Origin: Alphaproteobacteria bacterium
GTDB lineage: Bacteria > Pseudomonadota > Alphaproteobacteria > SP197
Assembly (NCBI GenBank): GCA_965242595.1
Contig: OZ251464.1
Span: 1,278,235-1,342,234 of the forward strand
DNA length: 64,000 nt
Reading direction: 5' to 3'
This document shows, piece by piece, positions 46,135 through 56,300 of the stretch; position 1 is the first letter of the stretch, and each line of letters opens with the position of its first letter. Below the pieces are notes generated by a model that was given only the letters and a program-made list of their open reading frames with translations, was not told where the DNA came from and ran no database searches. The translations under genes were made by a program, and so were the position numbers.

Positions 46135-47430
46135 ATGCTGGACCGACTGTTCAAACTGGAGGAGAACGGCACCACCGCGCGCCGCGAGCTGATCGCCGGC
46201 GCCACCACCTTTCTCACCATGGCTTATATCGTCTTCGTCAACCCGCTGATCCTGAGCGATGCGGGCATGGATTTCGGCGGCGTGTTCGTGGCCACCTGCA
46301 TCGCCGCCGCCTTCGGCACCGCGGTCATGGGGCTGTGGGCCAACTATCCGTTCGCCGTCGCTCCGGGCATGGGGCTGAACGCCTTCTTCACCTATGGCGT
46401 CGTGCTGGGCATGGGCTATCCCTGGGAGGTGGCGCTGGGGGCGGTGTTCTGTTCCGGCGTGCTGTTCGTGGCCATCTCGGTGCTGCGGGTGCGCGAATGG
46501 GTGGTGAACGCCATCCCCCGCTCGCTGAAGATGGCCACCACCACCGGCATCGGCCTGTTCCTGGGCATCATCGCCCTGAAGAACGCCGGCCTGGTGGTCG
46601 ATCACCCGGCGACGCTGGTGACCATCGGCGATACCGCGCAGTGGAGCGCGCTGCTGGCGGTGCTGGGCTTTATCGCCATCGTCGCGCTGGATGCCTGGCG
46701 GGTGCCCGGTTCCATCGTCATCGGCATCCTGGCGGTGACGGCGGCCGGCATCGCCCTGGGGGTGGGCGAGTTCCACGGCATCGCCGCCCTGCCGCCGGAT
46801 CCATCGACCACCATGTTCCAGCTGGATATCGGCGCCGCCCTGGATGTGGCGCTGATCGCCGTCATCTTCACCTTCCTGTTCACCGACCTGTTCGATACCT
46901 CGGCCACCCTGGTGGGCGTGGCCCATCGCGCCGGGCTGCTGGACGAAAACGGGCGCCTGCCCCGCCTGGAGCGGGCGCTGCTGGCCGACTCCACGGCGAC
47001 GGTGGTGGGTTCCCTGGCCGGCACCTCGTCGGTGACCAGCTATATCGAGAGCGCCTCCGGCGTTCATGCCGGCGGGCGCACCGGGCTGACCGCCGTGGTG
47101 GTGGCGCTGCTGTTCGTGGCGGCGCTGGTGCTGCTGCCCCTGGCGCAGACCGTGCCGGGCTATGCCACCGCGCCGGCGCTGCTGTTCGTGGCCTGCCTGA
47201 TGGCCCAGGGCATCGCCGAGATCGACTGGAAGGACGCCACCGAATATGTGCCGGCCGCGGTGCTGGCCATGACCATGCCCTTCACCTTTTCCATCGCCGA
47301 CGGGCTGGCCTTCGGCTTTATCTCCTATGCGGCCATCAAGCTGCTGTCCGGGCGCCATCGCGAGGCCGGGCCGGCGGTGCTGGTGCTGGCGGCAATCTTC
47401 CTGGCCAAATTCGCCTGGCTGGGCGGTTGA
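46135..47430 (+). CDS. NCS2 family nucleobase permease (AzgA-like adenine/guanine/hypoxanthine permease)
   Basis: EIIAGATTFLTMAYIVFVNPLILSDAGMDFGGVFVATCIAAAFGTAVMGLWANYPFA is typical of AzgA-like permeases. SD GGGAGGAG. Confidence 0.8.
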   Translation: MLDRLFKLEENGTTARRELIAGATTFLTMAYIVFVNPLILSDAGMDFGGVFVATCIAAAFGTAVMGLWANYPFAVAPGMGLNAFFTYGVVLGMGYPWEVALGAVFCSGVLFVAISVLRVREWVVNAIPRSLKMATTTGIGLFLGIIALKNAGLVVDHPATLVTIGDTAQWSALLAVLGFIAIVALDAWRVPGSIVIGILAVTAAGIALGVGEFHGIAALPPDPSTTMFQLDIGAALDVALIAVIFTFLFTDLFDTSATLVGVAHRAGLLDENGRLPRLERALLADSTATVVGSLAGTSSVTSYIESASGVHAGGRTGLTAVVVALLFVAALVLLPLAQTVPGYATAPALLFVACLMAQGIAEIDWKDATEYVPAAVLAMTMPFTFSIADGLAFGFISYAAIKLLSGRHREAGPAVLVLAAIFLAKFAWLGG

Positions 47431-47444
47431 ACGGTCTTCACCCC

Positions 47445-47474
47445 GGAGTTCCCGGGGCGCCCCCAGGGAACTCC
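47445..47474 (+). terminator. Inverted repeat (GGAGTTCCCGGGG-CGCC-CCCAGGGAACTCC) just after the permease stop; possible terminator, weak U-tract
   Basis: Seen directly; followed by ATTTGCCCC. Confidence 0.3.
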
Positions 47475-47601
47475 ATTTGCCCCTGTTGCATGTTCGGGGC
47501 GGAATGTCGTTTAATGCCCTCCGGCGGCAGGCTCTGCCGCCCAAGCGAAACGCAGCTTTCGCGGGGGGAGGGGTGGTGACATTCATCGCGACTTTGCCGG
47601 C

Positions 47602-48567
47602 GTGCGCGGGGCGGGTGCCGTGCTGACGCTGATCGCCCGCCGCCTGGCCCTGGGCGTCGTCACCCTGCTGGCGGTGTCGGTGATCATCTTCGCCGGCACC
47701 GAGATCCTGCCGGGCGATGTGGCCAGCGCCATCCTGGGCCAGTCGGCGACCGAGGAGAACACGGCGGCGATCCGGGCGCAGCTGGGTCTGAACCGCCCGC
47801 CCCACGAACGCTATGCCGATTGGCTGATCGGCTTCGCCCAGGGCGATCTGGGCACCTCGCTGGGCAACCGCCGCCCCATCGCGCCGCAGATCGGCTTCCG
47901 GTTCGAAAACACCATGCTGCTGGCGGCCGTGGCGGCGCTGATCGCGGTGCCGCTGTCGGTGGCCCTGGGGCTGGTCTCCGCCATCAAGCAGGGCCGGGCC
48001 ATCGACCGCTCGATCTCGGTGGGCAGCCTGATGACCATCTCGGTGCCCGAATTCTTCCTGGGCTATGTCCTGATCCTGATCGTCGCCGTAAAGCTGGGCT
48101 GGCTGCCCAGCCTTTCCCTGGTGAACGACCGCATGGGTTTCGGCGAGCGGCTGGAGGTGATGATCCTGCCGGCCACGGTGCTGACCCTGGTGACGCTGGC
48201 CCATATGATGCGCATGACGCGGGCGGCGGTGATCGGCGTCATGAACAGCTCCTATATCGAGATGGCCCATCTCAAGGGCGTCAAATACTGGCGCGTGGTG
48301 GTCCAGCACGCCTTTCCCAACGTGCTTTCGCCGGTGATCACCGTGGTGTCGCTCAATCTGGCCTATCTGATCGTCGGCGTGGTGGTGGTGGAGGTGGTCT
48401 TCACCTATCCGGGCATGGGCCAGTATCTGGTCGATTCCGTCTCCAAGCGCGACGTGCCGGTGGTGCAGGCGGGCGGGCTGATCTTCGCCGGCGTCTATGT
48501 CCTGCTCAATCTGGCCGCCGATCTCGCCTCGATCCTGGCGAATCCGCGTCTCCGGCACCCGAAATAG
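47602..48567 (+). CDS. ABC transporter permease (DppB/OppB-like)
   Basis: N-terminal TM then the conserved EAA-like region; ...YIEMAHLKGVKYWRVVVQHAFPNVLSPVITVVSLNLAYLIVGVVVVEVVF. Confidence 0.75.
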   Translation: MRGAGAVLTLIARRLALGVVTLLAVSVIIFAGTEILPGDVASAILGQSATEENTAAIRAQLGLNRPPHERYADWLIGFAQGDLGTSLGNRRPIAPQIGFRFENTMLLAAVAALIAVPLSVALGLVSAIKQGRAIDRSISVGSLMTISVPEFFLGYVLILIVAVKLGWLPSLSLVNDRMGFGERLEVMILPATVLTLVTLAHMMRMTRAAVIGVMNSSYIEMAHLKGVKYWRVVVQHAFPNVLSPVITVVSLNLAYLIVGVVVVEVVFTYPGMGQYLVDSVSKRDVPVVQAGGLIFAGVYVLLNLAADLASILANPRLRHPK

Positions 48568-48576
48568 GCCCGGCTC

Positions 48577-49473
48577 ATGGCGACAAGCCCCGCAAGCTCG
48601 GAAAGCGCCCAGTATGTCCGCCCCACCCGCGGCCAGGCGGTGCGGCAGTTCTTCGCCGAAATGCCGCTGACCGCCCGGGTGGGCATGGGGATCGTGGCCG
48701 TCAACCTGTTCCTGGTGGTCTTCGCGCCCTGGCTGGCGCCCTATGGCGAAACCGAGCTGGTGACCGGCCAGTGGATGCCGCCCAGCGCCGAACACTGGCT
48801 GGGCAGCGATCATCTGGGCCGCGACATGCTGACCCGCATCCTCTACGGGGCGCGCACCACCATCGTCATCGCCTTCGTCGCCACGGCGCTGGCCTTCGTG
48901 ATGGGCATCGTCGCCGGCTTCACGGCGGCGGTGATAGGCGGCGTGACCGATATGCTGCTGTCGCGCCTGGTGGACGCCCTGATGGCGATCCCGACCCTGA
49001 TCCTGGCCCTGGTGGTGATCTCGGTGCTGGGCACCGAACTCGCCATCCTGGTCGCCGTGATCGCCGTGCTGGATTCCACCCGCGTGTTCCGCCTTTCGCG
49101 CGCCATCGCCATGGACGTGGTGGTGATGGAATATGTCGAGGCGGCCCGGCTGCGGGGCGAGGGCCTGTGGTGGATCATGGGGCGCGAGGTGCTGCCCAAC
49201 GCGGTCATGCCGCTGGTGGCGGAATTCGGCCTGCGCTTCGTGTTCGCCTTCCTGTTCATCGCCGCGCTCAGCTTCCTGGGCCTGGGCATCCAGCCGCCGC
49301 TGGCCGATTGGGGCGGCATGGTGAAAGAGAACGCCACCGTCATCTCCTATGGCATGGCCGCCCCGCTCTATCCGGCCGGGGCCATCGCCCTGCTGGCGAT
49401 CGGCGTCAACCTGCTGGTCGATTACGTGCTGGCGCGCTCCAACCGTTCGGCCGCCTCCGAGTTCGAGGGCTAG
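48577..49473 (+). CDS. ABC transporter permease (DppC/OppC-like)
   Basis: HWLGSDHLGRDMLTRILYGARTT...EYVEAARLRGEGLWWIMGREVLPNA. Confidence 0.75.
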   Translation: MATSPASSESAQYVRPTRGQAVRQFFAEMPLTARVGMGIVAVNLFLVVFAPWLAPYGETELVTGQWMPPSAEHWLGSDHLGRDMLTRILYGARTTIVIAFVATALAFVMGIVAGFTAAVIGGVTDMLLSRLVDALMAIPTLILALVVISVLGTELAILVAVIAVLDSTRVFRLSRAIAMDVVVMEYVEAARLRGEGLWWIMGREVLPNAVMPLVAEFGLRFVFAFLFIAALSFLGLGIQPPLADWGGMVKENATVISYGMAAPLYPAGAIALLAIGVNLLVDYVLARSNRSAASEFEG

Positions 49474-49475
49474 CA

Positions 49476-51172
49476 TGACCCGGAACGACACGCCCCAGAA
49501 CAAAACGGCCCAGGGCAAGACCGCGGGCCGCCTTCTCGACATGCAGGCCCTGCGCATCGAGGCGCGCCGGGCCGATGGCGAACCGTTCCGGATCGTCAAC
49601 GACCTGGACGTCAAGCTGGACCGCGGCGAGGTGCTGGGGCTGATCGGCGAATCCGGGGCGGGCAAATCCACCCTGGGGCTGGCGTCGATGTGCTTCGCCC
49701 GTCCGGGCTGCAAGATCACCGGCGGCAAGGTGGTCTTCGACGGCACCGACCTGCGCGCCCTGCCGGAAGAGGAGCTGCGGCAGATGCGCGGCGTCCGCGC
49801 CGCCTATATCGCCCAGAGCGCGGCCGCCGCCTTCAACCCCTCCAAGCGGCTGAACGACCAGGTGACGGAAGCGGCCGTGCGCCACAATGTGATGCCCCTG
49901 GCCGACGCCACCCGGCGCGCGGTGGAGCTTTACGACCGCCTCGATCTGCCGGATCCCGCCCATATCGGGCGCCGCTATCCGCATCAGGTCTCCGGCGGCC
50001 AGTTGCAGCGCGTCATGTCGGCCATGGCCATGGCCTGCGGCCCCGACCTGCTGGTGCTGGACGAACCCACCACGGCCCTGGACGTCACCACCCAGATCGA
50101 GGTGCTGGCGACGGTGCGCGACCTGATCCGCAACAACGACACCGCCGCCCTCTACATCACCCACGACCTGGCCGTGGTGGCCCAGATCGCCGACCGCATC
50201 ATGGTGCTGCGCTATGGCGACCTGATCGAGGAAGGCACCACCGAGCAGATCCTCCACGACCCGCAACAGGCCTACACCAAGGAGCTGATCTCAGCCCGCA
50301 CCGAGGAGATCAACACCAAGGTTTTCACCGGCATGCCGGAGAACCCGGTGCTCCAGATCGAGGGCGTAACCGCCAGCTACGACGGGCGCGACGACGTGCT
50401 GAAGGACATTTCGGTCGCCATCGGGCGCGGCGAAACCGTGGCGGTGGTGGGCGAGTCGGGCAGCGGCAAATCCACCCTGGCCCGGGTGGTCACCGGCCTG
50501 CTGCCCCCCTATCGCGGCCATGTCGCCTTCGACGGCAAGCGCTTCTCCCTGGCCCTGAAGGAGCGTTCCAAGCAGGAGCTGCGCAAGGTGCAGATGATCT
50601 ACCAGATGCCGGATGTGGCCATGAACCCGCGCCAGCGCGTCTCGGAGATCGTCGGGCGCCCGCTGTCGTTCTATTTCGGCATGACCGGGGCCGAGCGGGA
50701 AGAGCGCATGTTCGAGCTGCTGCGCGAGATCGATCTGGGGCCGGAATTCGCCGATCGCTTCCCCGGCCAGCTCTCCGGCGGCCAGAAGCAGCGGGTGTGC
50801 ATCGCCCGCGCCCTGGCGGCCGATCCCGAGCTCATCATCTGCGACGAGGTCACCTCGGCCCTGGACCAGGTGGTGGCGGCCGGCATCCTGAAGCTGCTGG
50901 ACCGCCTCCAGAAGGAAAAGAACCTCGCCTATATGTTCATCACCCACGACCTCGGCATCGTCCGCAACATCGCCGACCGCACGGTGGTGATGTACCAGGG
51001 CAGCGTGGTGGAACAGGGCACCACCGAGCAGATCTTCACCCCGCCCCAGAAGGAAGCCTATACCCGCAAGCTGATCGCCTCGACGCCGGAGATGCGCACC
51101 GACTGGCTGGACGGCGTGCTGCGCGAGCGCGGCGACCTGTTCGAGATCGACGCTGGCGCCCATACTCACTAG
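49476..51172 (+). CDS. ABC transporter ATP-binding protein with duplicated ATPase domains (DppD/DppF fusion type)
   Basis: Two Walker A sites (GESGAGKST, GESGSGKST) and two signature motifs (VSGGQLQRV, LSGGQKQRV). Confidence 0.8.
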
Positions 51173-51208
51173 GCGCCCACACCCATTAGCCCGGCCGGCG
51201 GGGCAACC

Positions 51209-51814
51209 ATGGCGATAGTCGATTTCTATTACGGCCTGGGCAGCCGCTATTCCTATCTGGCGGCGTGCCGGATCGCGGCCATCGAGGGGCGCACCGGCGC
51301 CCGGTTCCGCTGGCGTCCGCTGCAAAGTTCCCTGCTGATCGCCCGGGACGGCGATCCCTTCGCCGGGCGCCCGCTCTCGGGCCAGTACGACTGGGGGTGG
51401 CGGCGCCGGGATGCGGAGGCCTGGGCGGCCTGGATCGGCGTTCCCTTCCGCGATCCGGTGGGGCGGCTGGCCTTCGACGATGAACTGTTGGCTCTGGCCG
51501 CCCTGGCGGCCGGGCGCCAGGACGCCGTGATCGCCATGAGCCGGCGCCTGTTCCGCCTGATCTTCGTCGATGACCGAACCCGCCTCGAGCGCGGCGACGT
51601 GCTCGCCGAGGCCGATGCCTGCGGCCTCGACCCGGCCCGCTTCCAGGCCGACCTCGCCAGCGCCGATCTGGCCGAAGAGCACCGCCGCCAGGTGGCGGAA
51701 GCGGCCGCGCGGGGCGCCTTCGGCGTGCCCAGCTTCGTCCTGGACGACGGACGCATGTTCTGGGGCAACGACCGCCTGGTGCTGCTGGAAGCGGCGCTGA
51801 CGGGCCGCATCTGA
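51209..51814 (+). CDS. 2-hydroxychromene-2-carboxylate isomerase family protein (DsbA-like thioredoxin fold)
   Basis: MAIVDFYYGLGSRYSYLA...GAFGVPSFVLDDGRMFWGNDRLVLLEA. Confidence 0.6.
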   Translation: MAIVDFYYGLGSRYSYLAACRIAAIEGRTGARFRWRPLQSSLLIARDGDPFAGRPLSGQYDWGWRRRDAEAWAAWIGVPFRDPVGRLAFDDELLALAALAAGRQDAVIAMSRRLFRLIFVDDRTRLERGDVLAEADACGLDPARFQADLASADLAEEHRRQVAEAAARGAFGVPSFVLDDGRMFWGNDRLVLLEAALTGRI

Positions 51815-51822
51815 GGCCGGCT

Positions 51823-52299
51823 TCAGGCCAGCGAGGCCTTCAGCATCCAGGCGGCCTTGTCGTGGACCGTCATGCGCCCGGTCATCATGTCGGCGCTGAC
51901 ATCGTCGCCGGCCTCGCTGGCCGCCTCCAGCGCCCTGCGGGCGGAACGGGCCAGCACGCCGTGGTCGCCGGCCAGGGCGCGCACCATGTGGGTGGCGTCC
52001 TCGATGCCGTCGTCCTCGCGGATGGCGGCCAGCTCGCCATAGGCGGCATAGCTGGCGGGCGCCTTGTGGCCCAGGGCGCGGATGCGCTCGGCGATCTCGT
52101 CGGCGGCCTGGAACAGTTCGGCATATTGCTCGCCGAACATGGCGTGCAGGCTGTGGAAGCCGGGGCCGGTGACGTTCCAGTGATAGCCCTGGGTCTTCAG
52201 CATCAGCAGATAGGTGTCGGCCAGCACGGTGGCGAGCTTCGCCGCCACGGTCGCGCTGCCGTTGTCCCTGCTGCCGTTGTCGTCGCGATTGCCGTTCAT
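51823..52299 (-). CDS. dps: Dps (DNA starvation/stationary phase protection protein, ferritin-like)
   Basis: LLMLKTQGYHWNVTGPGFHSLHAMFGEQYAELFQAADEIAERIRALG has the Dps ferroxidase-site His/Asp/Glu pattern. Confidence 0.8.
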   Translation of the reverse strand: MNGNRDDNGSRDNGSATVAAKLATVLADTYLLMLKTQGYHWNVTGPGFHSLHAMFGEQYAELFQAADEIAERIRALGHKAPASYAAYGELAAIREDDGIEDATHMVRALAGDHGVLARSARRALEAASEAGDDVSADMMTGRMTVHDKAAWMLKASLA

Positions 52300-52375
52300 G
52301 GCCCTGTCCTCGCATCCGTAGTTTAGAACAATTCTTATATGGATGCCCCGGACGAGCTTTCAAGGCCCCGGGCTT

Positions 52376-53155
52376 TCAAGGATCTGGCGGAGGGTCTGGC
52401 GGGGGATCCGGCGGGCCGCCCAGCCAGCGTTCCACGAAGCGCGGCACCCAGGCATCCACCAGGCGGTCGTATTTCTTCGCCCCGGCCAGCTGTTCTTCCG
52501 GCTGCTGGGCGCCCGGCTCCTCCAGCCGGTGGGCGGCCTCCCGCATCCACAGCTTCACGATCTCCAGGGTACATTCCGGGTGGAACTGCACGCCATAGAC
52601 CTGGGGCTGGGCGCGATACATCTGGTTGGGGAAGTGGCCGCTGGCGCCGGTGGCCAGCAGTTCGCAGCCCGCCGGCAGGTCGAAGCCCTCGCCATGCCAC
52701 TGATAGAAGAAGCGGGCGCCGTCCAGCAGCTCGCGCCCCGCCGCCGTGGGCACCACCTCGGTGTAGCCGATCTCGTGCCAGCCCTGCTCATGGGGCTTCA
52801 CCTGCGCGCCCAGGCAGCGCGCCAGCATCTGGGCGCCCAGGCACACGCCCAGAAACGGGGTGCCGGACGCCAGCAGCTTGTCGATCCAGGCCAGCTCTGT
52901 GGCGATGAAGTCCAGCTTGTGGTCGTCGTTGGCGCTCATCGGCCCGCCGAACACCACCGCGCCGGCGATGTCGTCGAAGCGCTGCGGCAGGCTGTCGCCT
53001 TCCTTGACGCAGCAGCGCACCTCCTGGAAGCCGCTGGCGGCCAGCGCGCGGCCGATGCGCCCGGTGTTGGAATAGCTGCCGTGGACGACGCACACCACCT
53101 TGCCGCGTCCGCCGCCTGAAATGCCCGCCTCGCGCATGGGCGGCAGTTTCGCCAT
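52376..53155 (-). CDS. Class I (type 1) glutamine amidotransferase-like protein
   Basis: GTPFLGVCLGAQMLARCLG (nucleophile Cys) ... VQFHPEC (His-Glu). C-terminal PPDP repeats. Start choice between 53155 and 53137. Confidence 0.65.
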   Translation of the reverse strand: MAKLPPMREAGISGGGRGKVVCVVHGSYSNTGRIGRALAASGFQEVRCCVKEGDSLPQRFDDIAGAVVFGGPMSANDDHKLDFIATELAWIDKLLASGTPFLGVCLGAQMLARCLGAQVKPHEQGWHEIGYTEVVPTAAGRELLDGARFFYQWHGEGFDLPAGCELLATGASGHFPNQMYRAQPQVYGVQFHPECTLEIVKLWMREAAHRLEEPGAQQPEEQLAGAKKYDRLVDAWVPRFVERWLGGPPDPPPDPPPDP

Positions 53156-53200
53156 CGCCGCCCCGCCGTCAAGGCGCCGCGCCTTCATTGCCGGGGGGCA

Positions 53201-54424
53201 TCAGGCCAGGGCGGCGTCGTGGCCCAGTGCCCGCACCTTGAAGCCGGCCGCGGTCAGCTTGGCGGCGATGCGGGCGATATGGTCGCTGTCCAGGGTCTCC
53301 AGCACGACGTCGAGATCGGCCAGCTTCACGGGCAGGCGCGAAAAGGCGCGCTGGTGGTGGACCTCGATGATGTTGGCGCCGGTCTCGCCGCAGATGCCGG
53401 CGATTCTGGCCAGGGTGCCGGGCGTGTCGGGGATCTCGATCCGCAGCCGCACCATGCGCCCGTCGCGCACCAGGCCGTGTTCGATCACGCCGGCGAGGAT
53501 GCGGCTGTCGATGTTGCCGCCCGAGAGCACCAGCCCCACCTTCCGGCCCGCAAAACGCTCGCCATGGGCCAGCAACGCCGCCAGGGCCGCCGCGCCGCCG
53601 CCTTCGGCCACGGTCTTCTCGGCCTCGACGAACAGCTGCACCGCCCGTTCCAGCTGCTGTTCGCTCACCAGCAGAATGTCGCTCACCAGCTCGCGGATCA
53701 CCGGCACGGTCAGCCGGCCCGGGGTTTTCACGGCGATGCCGTCGGCGATGGTGCGCCCGCCCGCCCGCACCTCCAGCCCCTGCAACGTTTGGTACATGGA
53801 GGGAAACATGGCCGCCTCCACGCCCACCACCTCGATCTGGGGGCGCAGCGCCCTGGCGGCGATGGCGCTGCCGGCGATCAGGCCGCCGCCGCCGATGGGC
53901 GCCAGCATGACGTCGAGGTCGGCTATGTCCTCCAGCATCTCCAGCCCCACCGTGCCCTGGCCGGCCATCACCCGCTCGTCGTCATAGGGATGGACGAAGG
54001 CCAGCTTGCGCTCGGCGGCGATGGCGCGGGCGGTGACGGCGGCATCGTCGATGGTGCGCCCCGAAAGCACCACCTCGGCGCCGAAGCGCCTGGTGTTCTT
54101 CACCTTCACCGTGGGCGCGTCTTCCGGCATGACGATGGTGGCCGGAATGGCGAGGCGGCTGGCGCACCAGGCCACGGCCTGGGCGTGGTTGCCCGCCGAC
54201 ATGGCGATCACGCCCGCCGCCCGTTCTGCGTCGTCCAGCGACGACATGCGCATCAGCGCCCCGCGATCCTTGAACGAGGCGGTGAACTGGCGGTTTTCGA
54301 ACTTCACGAACACCTGCGCCCCACTCAGCTCGGAAAGGGCGGGGGCGGGCGCGAAGGGTGTGCGGACCGCCCGCCCGGCGATGACGGTGGCGGCCTTGCG
54401 GATGTCGGCGATGGTGACGGTCAT
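53201..54424 (-). CDS. Threonine ammonia-lyase (threonine dehydratase, PLP-dependent, with C-terminal ACT-like domain)
   Basis: FTASFKDRGAL PLP-lysine motif, ...AMSAGNHAQAVAW..., Gly-rich GGGGLIAG loop. 407 aa. SD GGAGCCCCGCC. Confidence 0.8.
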   Translation of the reverse strand: MTVTIADIRKAATVIAGRAVRTPFAPAPALSELSGAQVFVKFENRQFTASFKDRGALMRMSSLDDAERAAGVIAMSAGNHAQAVAWCASRLAIPATIVMPEDAPTVKVKNTRRFGAEVVLSGRTIDDAAVTARAIAAERKLAFVHPYDDERVMAGQGTVGLEMLEDIADLDVMLAPIGGGGLIAGSAIAARALRPQIEVVGVEAAMFPSMYQTLQGLEVRAGGRTIADGIAVKTPGRLTVPVIRELVSDILLVSEQQLERAVQLFVEAEKTVAEGGGAAALAALLAHGERFAGRKVGLVLSGGNIDSRILAGVIEHGLVRDGRMVRLRIEIPDTPGTLARIAGICGETGANIIEVHHQRAFSRLPVKLADLDVVLETLDSDHIARIAAKLTAAGFKVRALGHDAALA

Positions 54425-55110
54425 GGCGGGGCTCCGTCGGCGGTGGGGGCGGCGGCAGGGATAGCGGGGGCCATGGCGGCGCGGGCGCGGGCGAGGGCGG
54501 GCGCGGTGTCGATGTCCATCAGCACGCCGTCGTCGCCGGTCTCCACATAAGCGACCTCCACGCAAGCGGTCCCCACACAGGCGAGCCGGCCGCCCCCATC
54601 CGCGATCAGGCGCCACGCCCCCCGGTCGCCCGTCAGCCGCATCATGGCGGGGAACAGGCGCCGGGGCCACAGCACCGGGTTGCCGCGCCGCTGGTGGCAG
54701 GTGGGCACGACGACGGTCCCGGCGCCCCGCGCGGCCAGGATGCGGTCGATGGTGGCCGGCTGCACGACCGGCATATCGCCCAGGCACAGCAGCGCCGCCT
54801 CGGTGTCGCGCGCCAGGGCGGCCAGGCCGGTTCGCAGCGACGAGGCCAGGCCCTCGCGCCAGCCGGGATTGTGGACGATGGCGGCGCCGCTGCCGGCCAG
54901 CGCCCGGCCTGTGGCGGCCGCGTCGTGGCCGGTCACCGCCAGGATGCGCTCCACCCGGCTGGCGGCCAGGGCATCGACGACATGGCGCAGCACCGCCTTG
55001 CCGGCGATGGGCGCCAGCAGCTTGTTCGCCGGTCCGGCCCGGCGCGAGCGCCCGCCCGCCAGCACCACTGCGGCAACTCTGGACGCGGGGCTGGCGGGCG
55101 CGGCGGTCAT
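54421..55110 (-). CDS. MobA-like NTP-transferase (MocA-type molybdenum cofactor cytidylyltransferase-like)
   Basis: AAVVLAGGRSRRAGPANKLL... fits the L.GG.S.RMG..K.L pattern. ATGA overlaps with both neighbours. Confidence 0.65.
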   Translation of the reverse strand: MTAAPASPASRVAAVVLAGGRSRRAGPANKLLAPIAGKAVLRHVVDALAASRVERILAVTGHDAAATGRALAGSGAAIVHNPGWREGLASSLRTGLAALARDTEAALLCLGDMPVVQPATIDRILAARGAGTVVVPTCHQRRGNPVLWPRRLFPAMMRLTGDRGAWRLIADGGGRLACVGTACVEVAYVETGDDGVLMDIDTAPALARARAAMAPAIPAAAPTADGAPP

Positions 55111-55790
55111 GCCCGCCCGGCGCGCAGGGCCGCCACCGCTTCGGCCATGGTGGCCAGGGCGATCTCGCCCGGGGTGGCGGCGCCGATGTCCAGCCCCACC
55201 GGCCCCCTGATGCGGGCGATGGCGGCGGCGTCGAAGCCGGCCTGGCGCAGCCTGGCGACCCGTTTGGCGTGGCTGCGGCGGCTGCCCAGGGCGCCGATAT
55301 GAAAGGCGGGCGAGGCCAGGGCGGCGTGAAGGGCCGGATCGTCGATCCTGGGGTCGTGGGCCAGGGCGACCACCGCGCTGCGGGCGCAGAGCTGCAAGCC
55401 GGCCAGGGCGTCGTCGGGCCAGGCGCACACCAGCTTCGCCCCCGCAAAGCGGGCCGGATCGGCGAACGCCCGCCGTGGATCGACGACCGTGACCTCCCAG
55501 CCCAGCCTGCTGGCAAAGGCCGCCAGCGGCTGGGCGATATGCACCGCCCCCGCCACCACCAGGCGCGGCGGCGGGGCGAAAACATGCAGGAACAGCGCCC
55601 GCCCGCCATGGTCCAGCGTGGTCGAGCGGTCGCGGGCGAAGGCGCCGGCCACGGCCTCGGCCAGCCATGCCTCCAACTCCTCGCCGGGGAAGATCAGCCG
55701 CTCGCTGCCATCGTCCAGCCAGGTGGCCAGCAGCACCGGCTGGCGGGCGCGGCGGGCGGCGTTCAGGCGGGCCAGGGTGGCGGGCTTCAT
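55107..55790 (-). CDS. XdhC/CoxI family accessory protein, C-terminal Rossmann-like domain
   Basis: ...LVVAGAVHIAQPLAAFASRLGWEVTVVDPR...VVALAHDPRIDDPAL... matches XdhC_C. A separate gene from the N-domain; ATGA overlap. Confidence 0.65.
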   Translation of the reverse strand: MKPATLARLNAARRARQPVLLATWLDDGSERLIFPGEELEAWLAEAVAGAFARDRSTTLDHGGRALFLHVFAPPPRLVVAGAVHIAQPLAAFASRLGWEVTVVDPRRAFADPARFAGAKLVCAWPDDALAGLQLCARSAVVALAHDPRIDDPALHAALASPAFHIGALGSRRSHAKRVARLRQAGFDAAAIARIRGPVGLDIGAATPGEIALATMAEAVAALRAGRA

Positions 55791-56101
55791 GCCACCGGCG
55801 CGATGAAAACGGCGATCCGCCCGCCGCAGGGAAGCCCCAGCTCCCAGGCGCGCTCGTCGCTGACGTCGAAGCCCAGCCGCCGCACGGCCCCGTCGCTCAG
55901 CGCCGCCCGAGCCTCGGCGATCACGGCGCCCTCGACACAGCCGCCGGAGACCGAGCCGCGAAAGGCGCCATCGCCGCGCACCGCCAGCACCGCCCCGGGC
56001 GGGCGCGGGCTGGAACCCCAGCTGGCGGTCACGACCGCCAGCGCCACATCGTGGCCGTCCTCGCGCCAAGCCTGGGCGACCTCCAGCACATCCTCGCTCA
56101 T
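55787..56101 (-). CDS. XdhC/CoxI family accessory protein, N-terminal domain (split gene)
   Basis: MSEDVLEVAQAWREDGHDVALAVVTASWGSSPRPPGAVLAVRGDGAFRGSVSGGCVEGAVI matches the XdhC_CoxI N-domain. Confidence 0.6.
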   Translation of the reverse strand: MSEDVLEVAQAWREDGHDVALAVVTASWGSSPRPPGAVLAVRGDGAFRGSVSGGCVEGAVIAEARAALSDGAVRRLGFDVSDERAWELGLPCGGRIAVFIAPVA

Positions 56102-56300
56102 GGCGCCCCTCCCGACCGGCGCGCCACTATGCCACGCCCGGCGCCCGCGCAATCCTATTTTACCGAAAAATATAGCAATATCAAGTGGTTACGGTAAATT
56201 GTCCCGGTTTCATTACCATTTTCTTGCGGCAGAATCGATCTAACTGTATTCTGCCCCGATTCGTCCTCTATGGGCGAAAGCCGCAAAGGGGGCAACGATC

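Noticed and set aside
45885-46135. Purine riboswitch upstream of the NCS2 nucleobase permease
   Set aside because: No recognisable guanine/adenine aptamer consensus. Only a short imperfect palindrome (TTGTCGAC..GTGGACAA) is present, more consistent with a protein operator.
47445-47474. Strong inverted repeat after the NCS2 permease as a confident intrinsic terminator
   Set aside because: The stem is good, but the downstream U-tract is weak (ATTTGCCCC). Kept only as a low-confidence feature.
53201-55609. 802-aa ORF read as one giant protein
   Set aside because: Only the C-terminal 407 aa (from ATG 54424 with its own SD) form the threonine dehydratase. Upstream codons run in the same frame but actually overlap the mocA-like gene, which is in another frame.
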